This document shows positions 46,647 to 55,053 of a stretch of 55,053 nt of DNA, piece by piece. The notes under the pieces are model-generated. The model made no database searches. It was not told the origin of the DNA and saw only the letters and a program-made list of their open reading frames with translations. Source of the stretch: Candidatus Brocadiia bacterium (GTDB taxonomy: Bacteria > Planctomycetota > PUPC01); contig JAUWIN010000003.1 in NCBI GenBank assembly GCA_030605345.1, positions 1 through 55,053 of the forward strand. Direction: 5' to 3'. A program made the translations under genes and the position numbers. The first letter of the stretch is position 1. Each line of letters begins with the position of its first letter.

Positions 46647-49600
46647 ATGCGTTTCCATCGTCAGTCCAAAGAGCGGTCTGTGGCGCTCATAATGGCCGTT
46701 GCCATCATGGCGGTGCTCGCCGTGGTCGGCTTTGGGTTCGCATCGGCCATGAAACTGGAATACGCTGCGACCACTGCAATCAAGAACCTGGCCCAGGCCA
46801 GAATGGCCGCACAAGGGGCACTCCAAGTGTTCGCAGTTAATCTCGCCCAAGACGCCTCTGCTGAGCCCAGCGGGACGGCCGGCCCTGTGTCAGACGTCCC
46901 CGGGGACGTGCCCACCACGGAGACCACATCGAAATGGGGCAACCAGCGGGTCGAATCGGGGCAATCCGGCGTGCGCGGTGAAGCCAGTAAGATGAACCTG
47001 AACGCCTTCGGCAACATATCCAAATGGGACGGGTCTGATATGCTGAAGGACGACGACACGCTACCCGGAGGTGACGCATCAGAGCAATTATACCACGGCG
47101 CCAACGACCGATTCAGTTCCTTCGAGATCAGTTTCGAGGAGTTCTTCTATCAACAGCGTAACACACTGTGGAGCGGCGTCTCGGACGAGACCGCCCGCAT
47201 CCGCGCCGCCAACATGGCGCGGGCCATCTGCCTCTACCGATACGGTGACGACGGGCGGCCAGGCAAGGCCGGAATAGATGACGACAACGACTCAGTTAGC
47301 CTCTACGAAGATGGGCTCGATAACGACGGCGACGGCATGGTTGACGAAGCAGGAGAAGGCACCGACGAGCCGGACGAGTTCAACCCCTTCGACCCGGACG
47401 GAGACGGAGACACCCTCACGACCACCGGCTCCAAGGACGACCGCCGATTCGACAAAATAGAAGAATTCAAGGACGCCATCAGCCAGACCTACTCCGTCGG
47501 TGGGACAAGTGTCCCTGCGGCGGTCGCTTACATCGGCAGCTCACCGGACCAGGACGATCTCGACACCGAGGCGCAACGCATCTACGACCTGGTCAAAGAC
47601 GACCTCACCGTCCATTCCTACTCGCTCGATATCCGCTCGGTCTCCATCGACGACCCAGGCCACGACGGATACGATAACGATGGTGACGGAAAGATTGACC
47701 AAGATGATACAACCGGACAGTCAACTGTCACCGGGATAGTGGCTCAACTCAACAGCGACACAACCATCTACGACGTGGATATCGATGAAGCACACATTAC
47801 GAAAGCAGCACAGGCGGCATACATCTATCTGAAACTATCCCACCAGGTGACCTACACGAAGTCGGATGACACCACGGTGACCCAAGCACTCGTCGAGGGA
47901 TTCAGTGTTCAGAATGCTGTGGACATAGTCGATTATCGTGACATCGACTGTGTCCCCACCCTTATTTCCGCCGGCGAGCTGGGCACCCATGGGCCGGCTT
48001 CGGACACATACGGCTTCGAGGGGCTGCACATCACCGAGGTCGGAAGACACGTGTGTGAGACAAGTCTGTCAACGGAGGCAGGAAGTAACTGGTCGGGCAA
48101 CAGCATCACCGTCACCGCGGACATGGACGAGAAGGAGGAGCGGACAGGCACGCTCCATGGCGCCGTATCGGCTAATGACGGCGCCTATCTGCTGAAGAAG
48201 GTCTCGATCACTGCACTTCCCACTGGTGGCTCGATCACAGTAGGCACCGTCACCAAAACCGAGGTGGGAGAATTCTTCGTCGGCCCACTGAACGTCTCGG
48301 GCGGGACCGGCACCATCAGTGTCACCGCATCGGAGACAGAAGGCACATACACTATCGCCGGTTCCCCGGTCCAGGTCCTGTCGCCATACATCGAAATAAT
48401 GAACATGAGCAAGCGGGAACGCGACATGACACAGTTCTCCGTGAAAATCGGAGGCGGCAGCAAAACTGCTATCGCGAGCGGCACCATCCCCGGCCATGAA
48501 AAAGTGGTCGACGGATTTGATGAAACCGATGGACACGGCCCCTACTACGGCTACTTCCTGATAGTGTATGACGAGGCCGCGTTCGACAACAACTTCAGCG
48601 GCGGCGCCGCAAACGGCACGTGGGGCGACGCCGGTGAGGACTTCCCCATCTGCGCGATGCCCGAGCTCTTCGCCAATGGCTTCGACGGCACGCAAAATGT
48701 CGAGCTATCGCTCGGAAGCGATATTGTTGCCGGCGGCGCGGTTGACCGCTTGACCTCCGGGACCGGTGCTGCGTTCTCGGGGGGTACCGGCGGCGATCCC
48801 GTTGTTCTGGCCATGGGCCGCACATCCTGCGGCGGCAACCGTAACTATGACGCCTTCTCCATCGAAACCGTGCCAACGACCGACGGCACAGGAGCTCCCT
48901 CGACCTCTCCCGGCCGGTGGAACCACAACAACCACTACAACGACGAGGATGCTTACTATGATTGCTACGACAGGCTCTGGCCCAAACTGGCCTCCCATTT
49001 CTCGACGGATGCCGAGGGCAAAGTAATCGACAACATCGACGTCATAACCATCGCCGACCGCGGGTATTACCGGTCGCCTGCGGAGGTCACCAAACTCCAA
49101 GTCGCTGACAGATACTCGACGACCATGTCGCTGTGTGGCCTCACCACCGGGGATGACTCTGACCCGACGTGGGAAGGTGCACAGCCGGACATTCAACAGC
49201 TGCCCGGCTGGGTGGTAGCGGCCCGCGCCCCGGCACGCATCAACATCAATACGGCCAGTGATGCCGTCATGGCGGCCGCCTTCTGCAACTGCGATGAGCT
49301 CCTGGATCGCCTGCCTCCCCCGGAAGCACCACCAGGGGGCGGCGAAGCCCCTGAGCCCCCTTCGTCGTTCGCAGAATATCTTACGAACGGACGCCCATAC
49401 TGCTTGTGGGCATGTGCAGAACAACAGGATCAAGAAGAGATTCGACGCTCCATATCCAACTGCTTCTTTGACCTTGAAGCTGAAAAAGTCGGCGACGACC
49501 GGCTTGATGACGACGGGGACAACGTCGTAGATGACGCTGGCGAAAAACTCGAGTGGGCCATCCGGTTCAGCAACATTTTCACGCTTCGAGCCAACTGTTT

Positions 49601-49751
49601 CACAGTGGGGGCCGATGGGTCCGTCAAAACACAGGGTGGAAACACGCTCGCCAGTTACGCTCGGCCGGTCATCTGCGACCGCGGGCATCGACTCGATAGC
49701 GACGGGAACCCAGCAACGGAGGTCGTGGCAACTAGACCAGGCAGCAACTAA
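46647..49751 (+). CDS. Giant GspK-like minor pseudopilin with Asp-rich Ca-binding loops
   Basis: The N-terminus KERSVALIMAVAIMAVLAVVG resembles GspK and lacks Glu5. The late RININTASDAVMAAAF matches the GspK helix-hairpin-helix-like ININTA motif. Asp-rich loops are DNDGDGMVDEAGE, DPDGDGD, DNDGDGKIDQDD and DDDGDNVVDDAGE. Confidence 0.6.
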   Translation: MRFHRQSKERSVALIMAVAIMAVLAVVGFGFASAMKLEYAATTAIKNLAQARMAAQGALQVFAVNLAQDASAEPSGTAGPVSDVPGDVPTTETTSKWGNQRVESGQSGVRGEASKMNLNAFGNISKWDGSDMLKDDDTLPGGDASEQLYHGANDRFSSFEISFEEFFYQQRNTLWSGVSDETARIRAANMARAICLYRYGDDGRPGKAGIDDDNDSVSLYEDGLDNDGDGMVDEAGEGTDEPDEFNPFDPDGDGDTLTTTGSKDDRRFDKIEEFKDAISQTYSVGGTSVPAAVAYIGSSPDQDDLDTEAQRIYDLVKDDLTVHSYSLDIRSVSIDDPGHDGYDNDGDGKIDQDDTTGQSTVTGIVAQLNSDTTIYDVDIDEAHITKAAQAAYIYLKLSHQVTYTKSDDTTVTQALVEGFSVQNAVDIVDYRDIDCVPTLISAGELGTHGPASDTYGFEGLHITEVGRHVCETSLSTEAGSNWSGNSITVTADMDEKEERTGTLHGAVSANDGAYLLKKVSITALPTGGSITVGTVTKTEVGEFFVGPLNVSGGTGTISVTASETEGTYTIAGSPVQVLSPYIEIMNMSKRERDMTQFSVKIGGGSKTAIASGTIPGHEKVVDGFDETDGHGPYYGYFLIVYDEAAFDNNFSGGAANGTWGDAGEDFPICAMPELFANGFDGTQNVELSLGSDIVAGGAVDRLTSGTGAAFSGGTGGDPVVLAMGRTSCGGNRNYDAFSIETVPTTDGTGAPSTSPGRWNHNNHYNDEDAYYDCYDRLWPKLASHFSTDAEGKVIDNIDVITIADRGYYRSPAEVTKLQVADRYSTTMSLCGLTTGDDSDPTWEGAQPDIQQLPGWVVAARAPARININTASDAVMAAAFCNCDELLDRLPPPEAPPGGGEAPEPPSSFAEYLTNGRPYCLWACAEQQDQEEIRRSISNCFFDLEAEKVGDDRLDDDGDNVVDDAGEKLEWAIRFSNIFTLRANCFTVGADGSVKTQGGNTLASYARPVICDRGHRLDSDGNPATEVVATRPGSN

Positions 49752-49820
49752 CTCGCGGCCGTTGTAGCGCGAGAAAGGGGCGATAAAGTGAGAAAGGGCA
49801 GTATACAAGAGGTCACAACA

Positions 49821-51887
49821 ATGTGCGGAATCAAGAAACCCCGGGCCTTCACTGTAATTGAACTGCTTGTCGTAATCGCTATCATCGCGATTTTACTCTC
49901 ACTGCTCATTCCGGCGCTCATCGCTGCGAAAGGCGCCGCCAAAAAAGCCGAGTGCGCTGCAAACATGGCAACGTGGGGAAGGTTTTTGCACACTTACGCC
50001 TCTTCCCATGACGGAGCACTGCCTCAGTTGGCCGGGAATGATGACCTCTACTACGACAGAAGTATCCACATGGTGGAGTTCTTCGCCGAAAATGACATAC
50101 CGCCGAAGGTAGCGTATTCACCCTCAAATGCCCTTATGGCTCAAGCCTACAATTCCGATTCCTGGATCAGCTACGATTGGAAGCAGACCTGGCTGGAACC
50201 GGTGCAATCCTCGTTCGAGCCCGGCGCCATATTCATCGACAACTCAGGCGACACCGGACCAGCCGGCGCGGAAGAGACTTTCATCTGCGACGACGACACG
50301 CCTACACCGTTCGCGCTAGTTACGGGGAATTGGTGTGAGGACGAGACAGACGTATATCCCAATGGAAACAATACGGCACATTACTCGGACTCCGAAGGAG
50401 CCAAGGCAAGGTGGACTTTCAACCTCGGCGGCGTGCGTGGCTGGGGCAACATGCAACTTGAAGCATACGTGAAAAAAGGGCCTGAGGGGCACCCGGCAGT
50501 CACATACGAGGTCGATGGCACCGGCGACCCGGAAACCGCAACCGAAATCTGCCTGTACAACCAGAACGAAAGCCACTCATGGATTACTATCGGGGCCTTT
50601 CGGATTGATGGCAGTGGCACACGAACGGTTTCTGTTGAGGGCGTTGGGACAGGTGGAAGCGGGGTTACCGGCGGCGACATCATCTGGGCCGAGGACACTG
50701 AAGACCCCGGCCTCGTAGATGACGAAACTCCCGGCAAGTTCGAGGTTAGATATCCTATGAGGTGGAGTGAAGTGCCGGGGCAATTCATATCGCCCGGTTC
50801 TATTGGCGACGAAGCCCACATGCTCAAGCCAGATTCCGATAACGACGAGGCAACGTGGACAGTGGACATCCCGGATGGATACGAAGGCAGACTCCAACTC
50901 GATGTCCACGTCCCCTCTACCGGCCAATGTGACGACGTGCTCTACAAGGTCGCGGGCCAGGGGGGTGGCACTCAAACGGCGACTCTGGACCAAACTACTC
51001 ATGTCGGCTGGAACACCATTGGATGGTTCCAGTTCAGCCAAGGAGAGCGAACCATCACTGTGACGCGGAACGAGGGCGCTACTGGCAGTTTGTGGGCCGA
51101 CGCCATCCGCCTGCGCGGCACCCTGCACCTCGAAGATGCCGGCGGGTCTCGCGTGTGGGCAGATGCGGTCCGCCTCACCGGGAACTGGTACGGAGGCGGG
51201 GACGAACCGACAAGCGGGTTCCAGGTCCTCGAAGGAGCCTGGACCGCGGCCAGCGGCGGCTACGGTGGCAATCATCAATATCCCAAGACCGACGAAGACG
51301 GAACGGCAAGAGCCGCGTGGTATTTCACCGTGCCGGAAACTGGTGAATATTGGGTGTACGGCCAGTGGCCCGCTGGCGAAGACTGTGCTTCCAGTGCCAA
51401 GTTCACCGTCGTAGGCGGCGAAGGTGCCAAAGGGGCCTCCGCCAACCAGCAGGACACCGAGAACAACGGGAAGTGGCGGCGGCTGTGCTCAACGACCTTC
51501 ACGGGTGGAATAACAGGCCGAGTGGAAATAACCACTGCCGCCAGCAGCAATCGTCATGTGATAGCCGACGGCATCGCAGTAGTTCTGCCCAAGGAAGAAG
51601 AATTCGAAGGCGAAGTCATAGGTTACCTGTACCTCGGCTACCGAGCCGAACCGCAAGGGGAAATGGCGGAGGGCAAGGAATTCCAGCTGCTGTACAGCAT
51701 TCAGCAGGCAGACGACCTCGGCTCTGTCGCAATCCTTGTTGACCTGTTCGCGCCCGAGTTAGAAGCCTGGACCACCCACGACGACGGCGTCCACATCTTA
51801 TACGCCGACGGACATGTAGACTGGAAATCTGCGCACGACACAGAACTACGCTGGACCGACACCAACTACACCGAGTTCTACTGGTAA
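49821..51887 (+). CDS. DUF1559/H-X9-DG prepilin-like protein with three inserted CBM-like modules
   Basis: The N-terminus reads KKPRA-FTVIELLVVIAIIAILLSLLIPAL. The C-terminal HDDGVHILYADGHV fits H-x9-DG. Three internal modules each end in an ADA/ADG-type strand (see findings). Confidence 0.8.
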   Translation: MCGIKKPRAFTVIELLVVIAIIAILLSLLIPALIAAKGAAKKAECAANMATWGRFLHTYASSHDGALPQLAGNDDLYYDRSIHMVEFFAENDIPPKVAYSPSNALMAQAYNSDSWISYDWKQTWLEPVQSSFEPGAIFIDNSGDTGPAGAEETFICDDDTPTPFALVTGNWCEDETDVYPNGNNTAHYSDSEGAKARWTFNLGGVRGWGNMQLEAYVKKGPEGHPAVTYEVDGTGDPETATEICLYNQNESHSWITIGAFRIDGSGTRTVSVEGVGTGGSGVTGGDIIWAEDTEDPGLVDDETPGKFEVRYPMRWSEVPGQFISPGSIGDEAHMLKPDSDNDEATWTVDIPDGYEGRLQLDVHVPSTGQCDDVLYKVAGQGGGTQTATLDQTTHVGWNTIGWFQFSQGERTITVTRNEGATGSLWADAIRLRGTLHLEDAGGSRVWADAVRLTGNWYGGGDEPTSGFQVLEGAWTAASGGYGGNHQYPKTDEDGTARAAWYFTVPETGEYWVYGQWPAGEDCASSAKFTVVGGEGAKGASANQQDTENNGKWRRLCSTTFTGGITGRVEITTAASSNRHVIADGIAVVLPKEEEFEGEVIGYLYLGYRAEPQGEMAEGKEFQLLYSIQQADDLGSVAILVDLFAPELEAWTTHDDGVHILYADGHVDWKSAHDTELRWTDTNYTEFYW
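50295..51590 (+). repeat. Three tandem copies of a ~130-aa protein module (coding repeat) inside the DUF1559 gene
   Basis: The three copies read as follows:
- AKARWTFNL...LEAYV...VTYEV...NQNESHSWITIGAFRI...
- EATWTVDIP...LQLDVHV...VLYKV...DQTTHVGWNTIGWFQF...LWADAIRL
- ARAAWYFTVPETGEYWVYGQW...AKFTV...NQQDTENNGKWRRLCSTTF...VIADGIAV. Confidence 0.55.
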
Positions 51888-51922
51888 CATCAAGCCCGGC
51901 CGCGTCGTCACGCAGCCGTTGC

Positions 51923-51941
51923 AGACGCGTGTCCCGCGTCT
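51923..51941. terminator. Stem-loop in convergent spacer (AGACGCG-tgtcc-CGCGTCT)
   Basis: Perfect 7-bp stem between the stop of the DUF1559 gene (51887) and the stop of the SGNH gene (51945). There is no U tract. Confidence 0.25.
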
Positions 51942-51944
51942 CCG

Positions 51945-53030
51945 TCAGCGTAGCATCAGGATTTCGGTTGTCAGCGCCTTGGCCACGATTTCGGCGCCGC
52001 GGTCGGTGAAATGTGCGAAGTTCTCCGGCTTGCTCGGCACCGCCGTGGCGACGTCAACCACAGGAACGCCGAGCCGCTCCCCAAGTTCGACCACAACACG
52101 GTTCGTCTCATGCTCCATATCGAGCAGGCATTTTCCCGTGGCGCGTGGAACGAACCTCCGCCACCCGGCCATCATCATCTCGTCCGTCTCCGACCACGCC
52201 TTGCGGTCCGCCGGGAATCGGTTGGCATGGGTTGCCAGCACAAACCGCGCCCCCGAGGCCCGGACCTCCTTGATTAACGCCGTCAGATGTTCTTTGAACA
52301 ATCCCACCCGTTCGGCCGGTGCATGCTGCCACATCCATCCCGACTTGTATCTGCGCTCGTGTCCGGCGAGCACCCAGGCGATGCGCCGCTGGCGCAGCCA
52401 TTTCATAATGCTGGCCGGGATGAAGCGCTGCAGCACGGTTTTTGTCTTTCGCACCAGCCGAATGGTCTCCGGCAACTTCTTTGGCGGGCCCGTCCGGGTG
52501 ACGGTTTTCCTCTCCGGGGCCTCGCGGTGTAAGTAGCTGGCCGGCGTGGGATAATACACCACGATGTCGGGGTCAAACCTCCAGAGCCAGACGTGGAAAT
52601 AATGGATGAATCGCGGCAGGGTCATGCCGACGAGTGCAGCGTTGAGCACTTGGTAGCGGCCCGGTCTCGCCACGTCGAGCATGTGCTGCATCTGCGCCGG
52701 GAACCCCTTGCCCGGGCTCTCGTAAAGCCCGAACGTCTCCGACGCGCCGATGACCAGCACGCGCACGACGCCAGCGGGCTTCTCCATGGTGATTTCGGGG
52801 CCGCGGAATCCATACGAGTTGATACACCAGTTCTCGAAAGAAGCACCAAAGCGGCTGTGTGGCCCGAGCACGTCCGTCGTGCTCAGTAAGGCGTATGAGT
52901 AATGCCCCCAAAACGGGGCTCCCCACGTGAGCGAATCGTCGATGCGGGCGCACAGCTCAAGCATGACAACAAAGAGGATAATGAGCCCGATGCCCCGTGC
53001 AACTACCCGCATGATCCCACGGATCTTCAA
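51945..53030 (-). CDS. SGNH/GDSL-like hydrolase/acyltransferase partner of the MBOAT protein (AlgJ/AlgX/DltD-like)
   Basis: It has an N-terminal TM anchor and a block-I-like VRVLVIGASETFG. It lies 9 nt downstream of the MBOAT gene on the same strand. Confidence 0.55.
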   Translation of the reverse strand: MKIRGIMRVVARGIGLIILFVVMLELCARIDDSLTWGAPFWGHYSYALLSTTDVLGPHSRFGASFENWCINSYGFRGPEITMEKPAGVVRVLVIGASETFGLYESPGKGFPAQMQHMLDVARPGRYQVLNAALVGMTLPRFIHYFHVWLWRFDPDIVVYYPTPASYLHREAPERKTVTRTGPPKKLPETIRLVRKTKTVLQRFIPASIMKWLRQRRIAWVLAGHERRYKSGWMWQHAPAERVGLFKEHLTALIKEVRASGARFVLATHANRFPADRKAWSETDEMMMAGWRRFVPRATGKCLLDMEHETNRVVVELGERLGVPVVDVATAVPSKPENFAHFTDRGAEIVAKALTTEILMLR

Positions 53031-53039
53031 CGCCGTTCC

Positions 53040-54476
53040 TCAGAACTGGAAGTAAATGAAACTCGACGCGCTCGCCCCGTAATAGACGAGGAGATAAGCC
53101 AGCAATGCATAGCCAATACACTTGAGCCAGACAAAACTGCCCCAGGTGCCGAGAGCGCCGTCCCGCCCGAAGAGCCGCTGCATGGTCTCGGCGAGCACAA
53201 GCGGCAACGCATACAGCGCGAGCGGCTGCAGAAGGCTGAGGTCCACCGCGCCGCGAAGTTTCAGAACATTCCCGAGCATCAGGTAGATCTGGTCCATGCT
53301 CCGCGCTCGGAAAAACACCCAGCCCAAGCACACGAGGTGAAACATTATGATGATTCTTGCAACGCGCCACACAGCAGCCAACACCCGCGACCGACCCAGA
53401 TTTATGCACTTTAATACCGGCTCAAACAGGCGGTGGATAATCAGCAAGGCGCCGTGATAAACACCCCAGAGAACGAAGTTCCACGCCGCTCCGTGCCATA
53501 ACCCTCCGAGGAACATGGTCAGTGCGAGGTTGCGATAGGTCTTGACTTTCCCCTTGCGGTTCCCGCCGAGCGAGATGTACAGGTAGTCGCGCAGCCACGT
53601 CGAGAGGCTTATGTGCCACCGCGCCCAAAATTCGCGCGGGTTCGCCGCGATGTAGGGCATGTTGAAGTTCAGCCGCAGTTCGAAGCCCATGCACTTGGCA
53701 CAGCCGCGCGCAATGTGCGAATAGCCGGCGAAATCGCAATAAATCTGAAACGCAAACGCCCACACCCCGCACAGCACGGCGAACGCCGACGGGTCCGGCG
53801 AATCAAACACCTGGTTGACGAACCGCGCGAGGTTATCCGCGACAAACACCTTCTCGAATAAGCCCCAGAACATGAGGTGGAGCCCGTCACAGAACTGCGC
53901 ACGTCGGAACCGCCGTTTCCCGAGAATCTGCGGCAACAGCGCCGACGCACGCTCGATCGGCCCTGCAACCAACTGCGGAAAGAAACTGACGAAAAGCGCG
54001 AAGTCAAAGAACCGCCGCGTCGGCTTCATCACGCCCCGGTAGATGTCGATGGTGTAGCTCATTGTCTGGAACGTGTAAAACGAAATGCCGACCGGCAAGA
54101 CGATGTCAAGATGAAGAAGGGACGCGTCGATGCCGAACGGGGCGAGGGCATCGCTGAGCGGGCCGGTGAAGAAGTTATAGTACTTGAAGAACCCCAGCAG
54201 GCCCAAGCTCTTGACCATGCTAACGACGAGCCAGAATCTCTTGCGGCGTGCCTCTTGGGGCCCGCCCTCCTCGATAGCACGCTGCATTCGGAGTCCGGCG
54301 ATGTAATCAACAACCGTCGAGAAGAAAATCAGGGAGAGAAATCGCCAATCCCAGTAGCCATAGAAGAAATAACTCGCCGCCAGCAGCATCAGGTTCTGCC
54401 AGCGGTGCGAGAGCACCCAGTACAGCGCGAGAACAATGCAGAAGAAGACCGCGAAATCAAAGGAGTTGAACCACAA
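53040..54476 (-). CDS. MBOAT-family membrane O-acyltransferase (AlgI/DltB-like)
   Basis: FWARWHISLSTWLRDYLYISLGGNRKG contains the conserved His. It also has FLGGLWHGAAWNFVLWG and is multi-TM. TTG start. Confidence 0.9.
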   Translation of the reverse strand: MWFNSFDFAVFFCIVLALYWVLSHRWQNLMLLAASYFFYGYWDWRFLSLIFFSTVVDYIAGLRMQRAIEEGGPQEARRKRFWLVVSMVKSLGLLGFFKYYNFFTGPLSDALAPFGIDASLLHLDIVLPVGISFYTFQTMSYTIDIYRGVMKPTRRFFDFALFVSFFPQLVAGPIERASALLPQILGKRRFRRAQFCDGLHLMFWGLFEKVFVADNLARFVNQVFDSPDPSAFAVLCGVWAFAFQIYCDFAGYSHIARGCAKCMGFELRLNFNMPYIAANPREFWARWHISLSTWLRDYLYISLGGNRKGKVKTYRNLALTMFLGGLWHGAAWNFVLWGVYHGALLIIHRLFEPVLKCINLGRSRVLAAVWRVARIIIMFHLVCLGWVFFRARSMDQIYLMLGNVLKLRGAVDLSLLQPLALYALPLVLAETMQRLFGRDGALGTWGSFVWLKCIGYALLAYLLVYYGASASSFIYFQF

Positions 54477-54649
54477 AGGCGGGTACCTCGCGAAACTAGC
54501 GCGCCGACAACCAGCGATGGGGCATTTTATCGGCCACCGACCGGAACATCAAGCGGCGCGGCGCGGACCTGATGCACAACTTAGGTAAATATCGGCATGA
54601 ATACGACAAAAGAAACCCGGAATTGCAGCGTTCCCACAGATGAGAGGAC

Positions 54650-55053
54650 TCACCGCCCTGCCATTCGCCGGCGCAGGTCGAGAAGGTTCTTGACGTACTC
54701 GGCGGCCACCCTCGCCGAGGCCTTGCTTTTGCCGGCCTGACGCCTCCGAAACCTGTAGCCCACCTCGGCGAAAGGTTCCGGGCGCGCAATACAGAATATC
54801 TCCAGCATGATTTTGAAGCCGCTGGGCGAGAGTTTTGGCCTGGCCCGCTCGAAGGTTTCACGCCGGAGTGCAAAGTAACCCGACGTCGGGTCGCTCAGCT
54901 TCACGCCAAGAATAGCGCGGGCCACGACAGCAGCCCCACGACTAATGAGCCGCCTGAGCGCCGAGCAGTCGCCGTAACTGCCACCTTCGGCCAGCCGCGA
55001 GCCGATGACGAATTCGTTCCTCTCCAGCGCATCTATCATTTGCGGCAGGATAG
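54650..55053 (-). CDS. GT2 glycosyltransferase (polyprenol-phosphate sugar transferase, Dpm1/ArnC-like), N-terminus outside window
   Basis: The frame is open to the window edge (...ILPQMIDALERNEFVIGSRLAEGGSY...KLSDPTSGYFALRRETF...GFKIMLEI...EVGYRFRRRQAGKSK). Confidence 0.8.
   Translation of the reverse strand, partial: ILPQMIDALERNEFVIGSRLAEGGSYGDCSALRRLISRGAAVVARAILGVKLSDPTSGYFALRRETFERARPKLSPSGFKIMLEIFCIARPEPFAEVGYRFRRRQAGKSKASARVAAEYVKNLLDLRRRMAGR

Noticed and set aside
47270-47710. Repetitive Asp-codon-rich DNA (gac/gat runs) that could be mistaken for a tandem repeat or CRISPR-like array
   Set aside because: The units are irregular in length and sequence and lie in frame within a long ORF. 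They translate to Ca-binding-type D-x-D-G-D loops. There is no repeat-spacer periodicity.
48705-49808. A 367-aa minus-strand ORF inside the GspK-like gene
   Set aside because: It is antisense to an ORF with pilin-type N-terminal and ININTA C-terminal signatures. Its composition is typical of a GC-rich shadow frame.

Overview
GC-rich bacterial chromosomal window (about 60-65% GC by hand counts on sampled lines), densely coding. There are no rRNA or tRNA genes and no CRISPR arrays. The gene content suggests a PVC-type lineage (Planctomycetota-like): DUF1559/H-X9-DG prepilin-like proteins, a V/A-type ATPase and an H+-pyrophosphatase. This lineage call is inference only.

Gene order:
- 1-7074: V-type ATPase operon E-C-F-A-[insert]-B-D.
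- 7117-14149: glycosidase-like lipoprotein, Gfo/Idh/MocA oxidoreductase, NTase/HEPN-like protein, and a 1145-aa POTRA-TPR-parvulin fusion.
- 14192-22521, minus strand: translationally coupled addB-addA-queE, then a GT28 glycosyltransferase.
- 22685-42393: a ~20 kb co-directional array. It holds rpmE-prfA-prmC-murA-ffh-rpsP-trmD-rplS-yraN, an ABC-2 exporter module, hppA, a LysM/YkuD transpeptidase, coaX, NfeD-NfeD-FloA and a Pro-rich protein.
- 42427-45073: two small proteins and lepA.
- 45326-51887: three giant pseudopilin-like genes.
- 51945-55053: an MBOAT/SGNH/GT2 surface-glycan module.

Most interesting observations:
1. An AT-rich ~1.2 kb insertion sits exactly between atpA and atpB. It carries a free-standing B3-like/HNH nuclease gene, an architecture like a homing endonuclease or a solitary restriction enzyme.
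2. The pseudopilin triad is decorated with repeated CBM-like (golvesin-type) modules and Ca-binding Asp loops, with no secretion or pilus machinery nearby.
3. A barrel-less POTRA + SurA/parvulin fusion chaperone.
4. Two otherwise intact core genes, atpE and lepA, each carry a single in-frame nonsense codon.

All functional calls rest on motifs read by eye. No database search was run.
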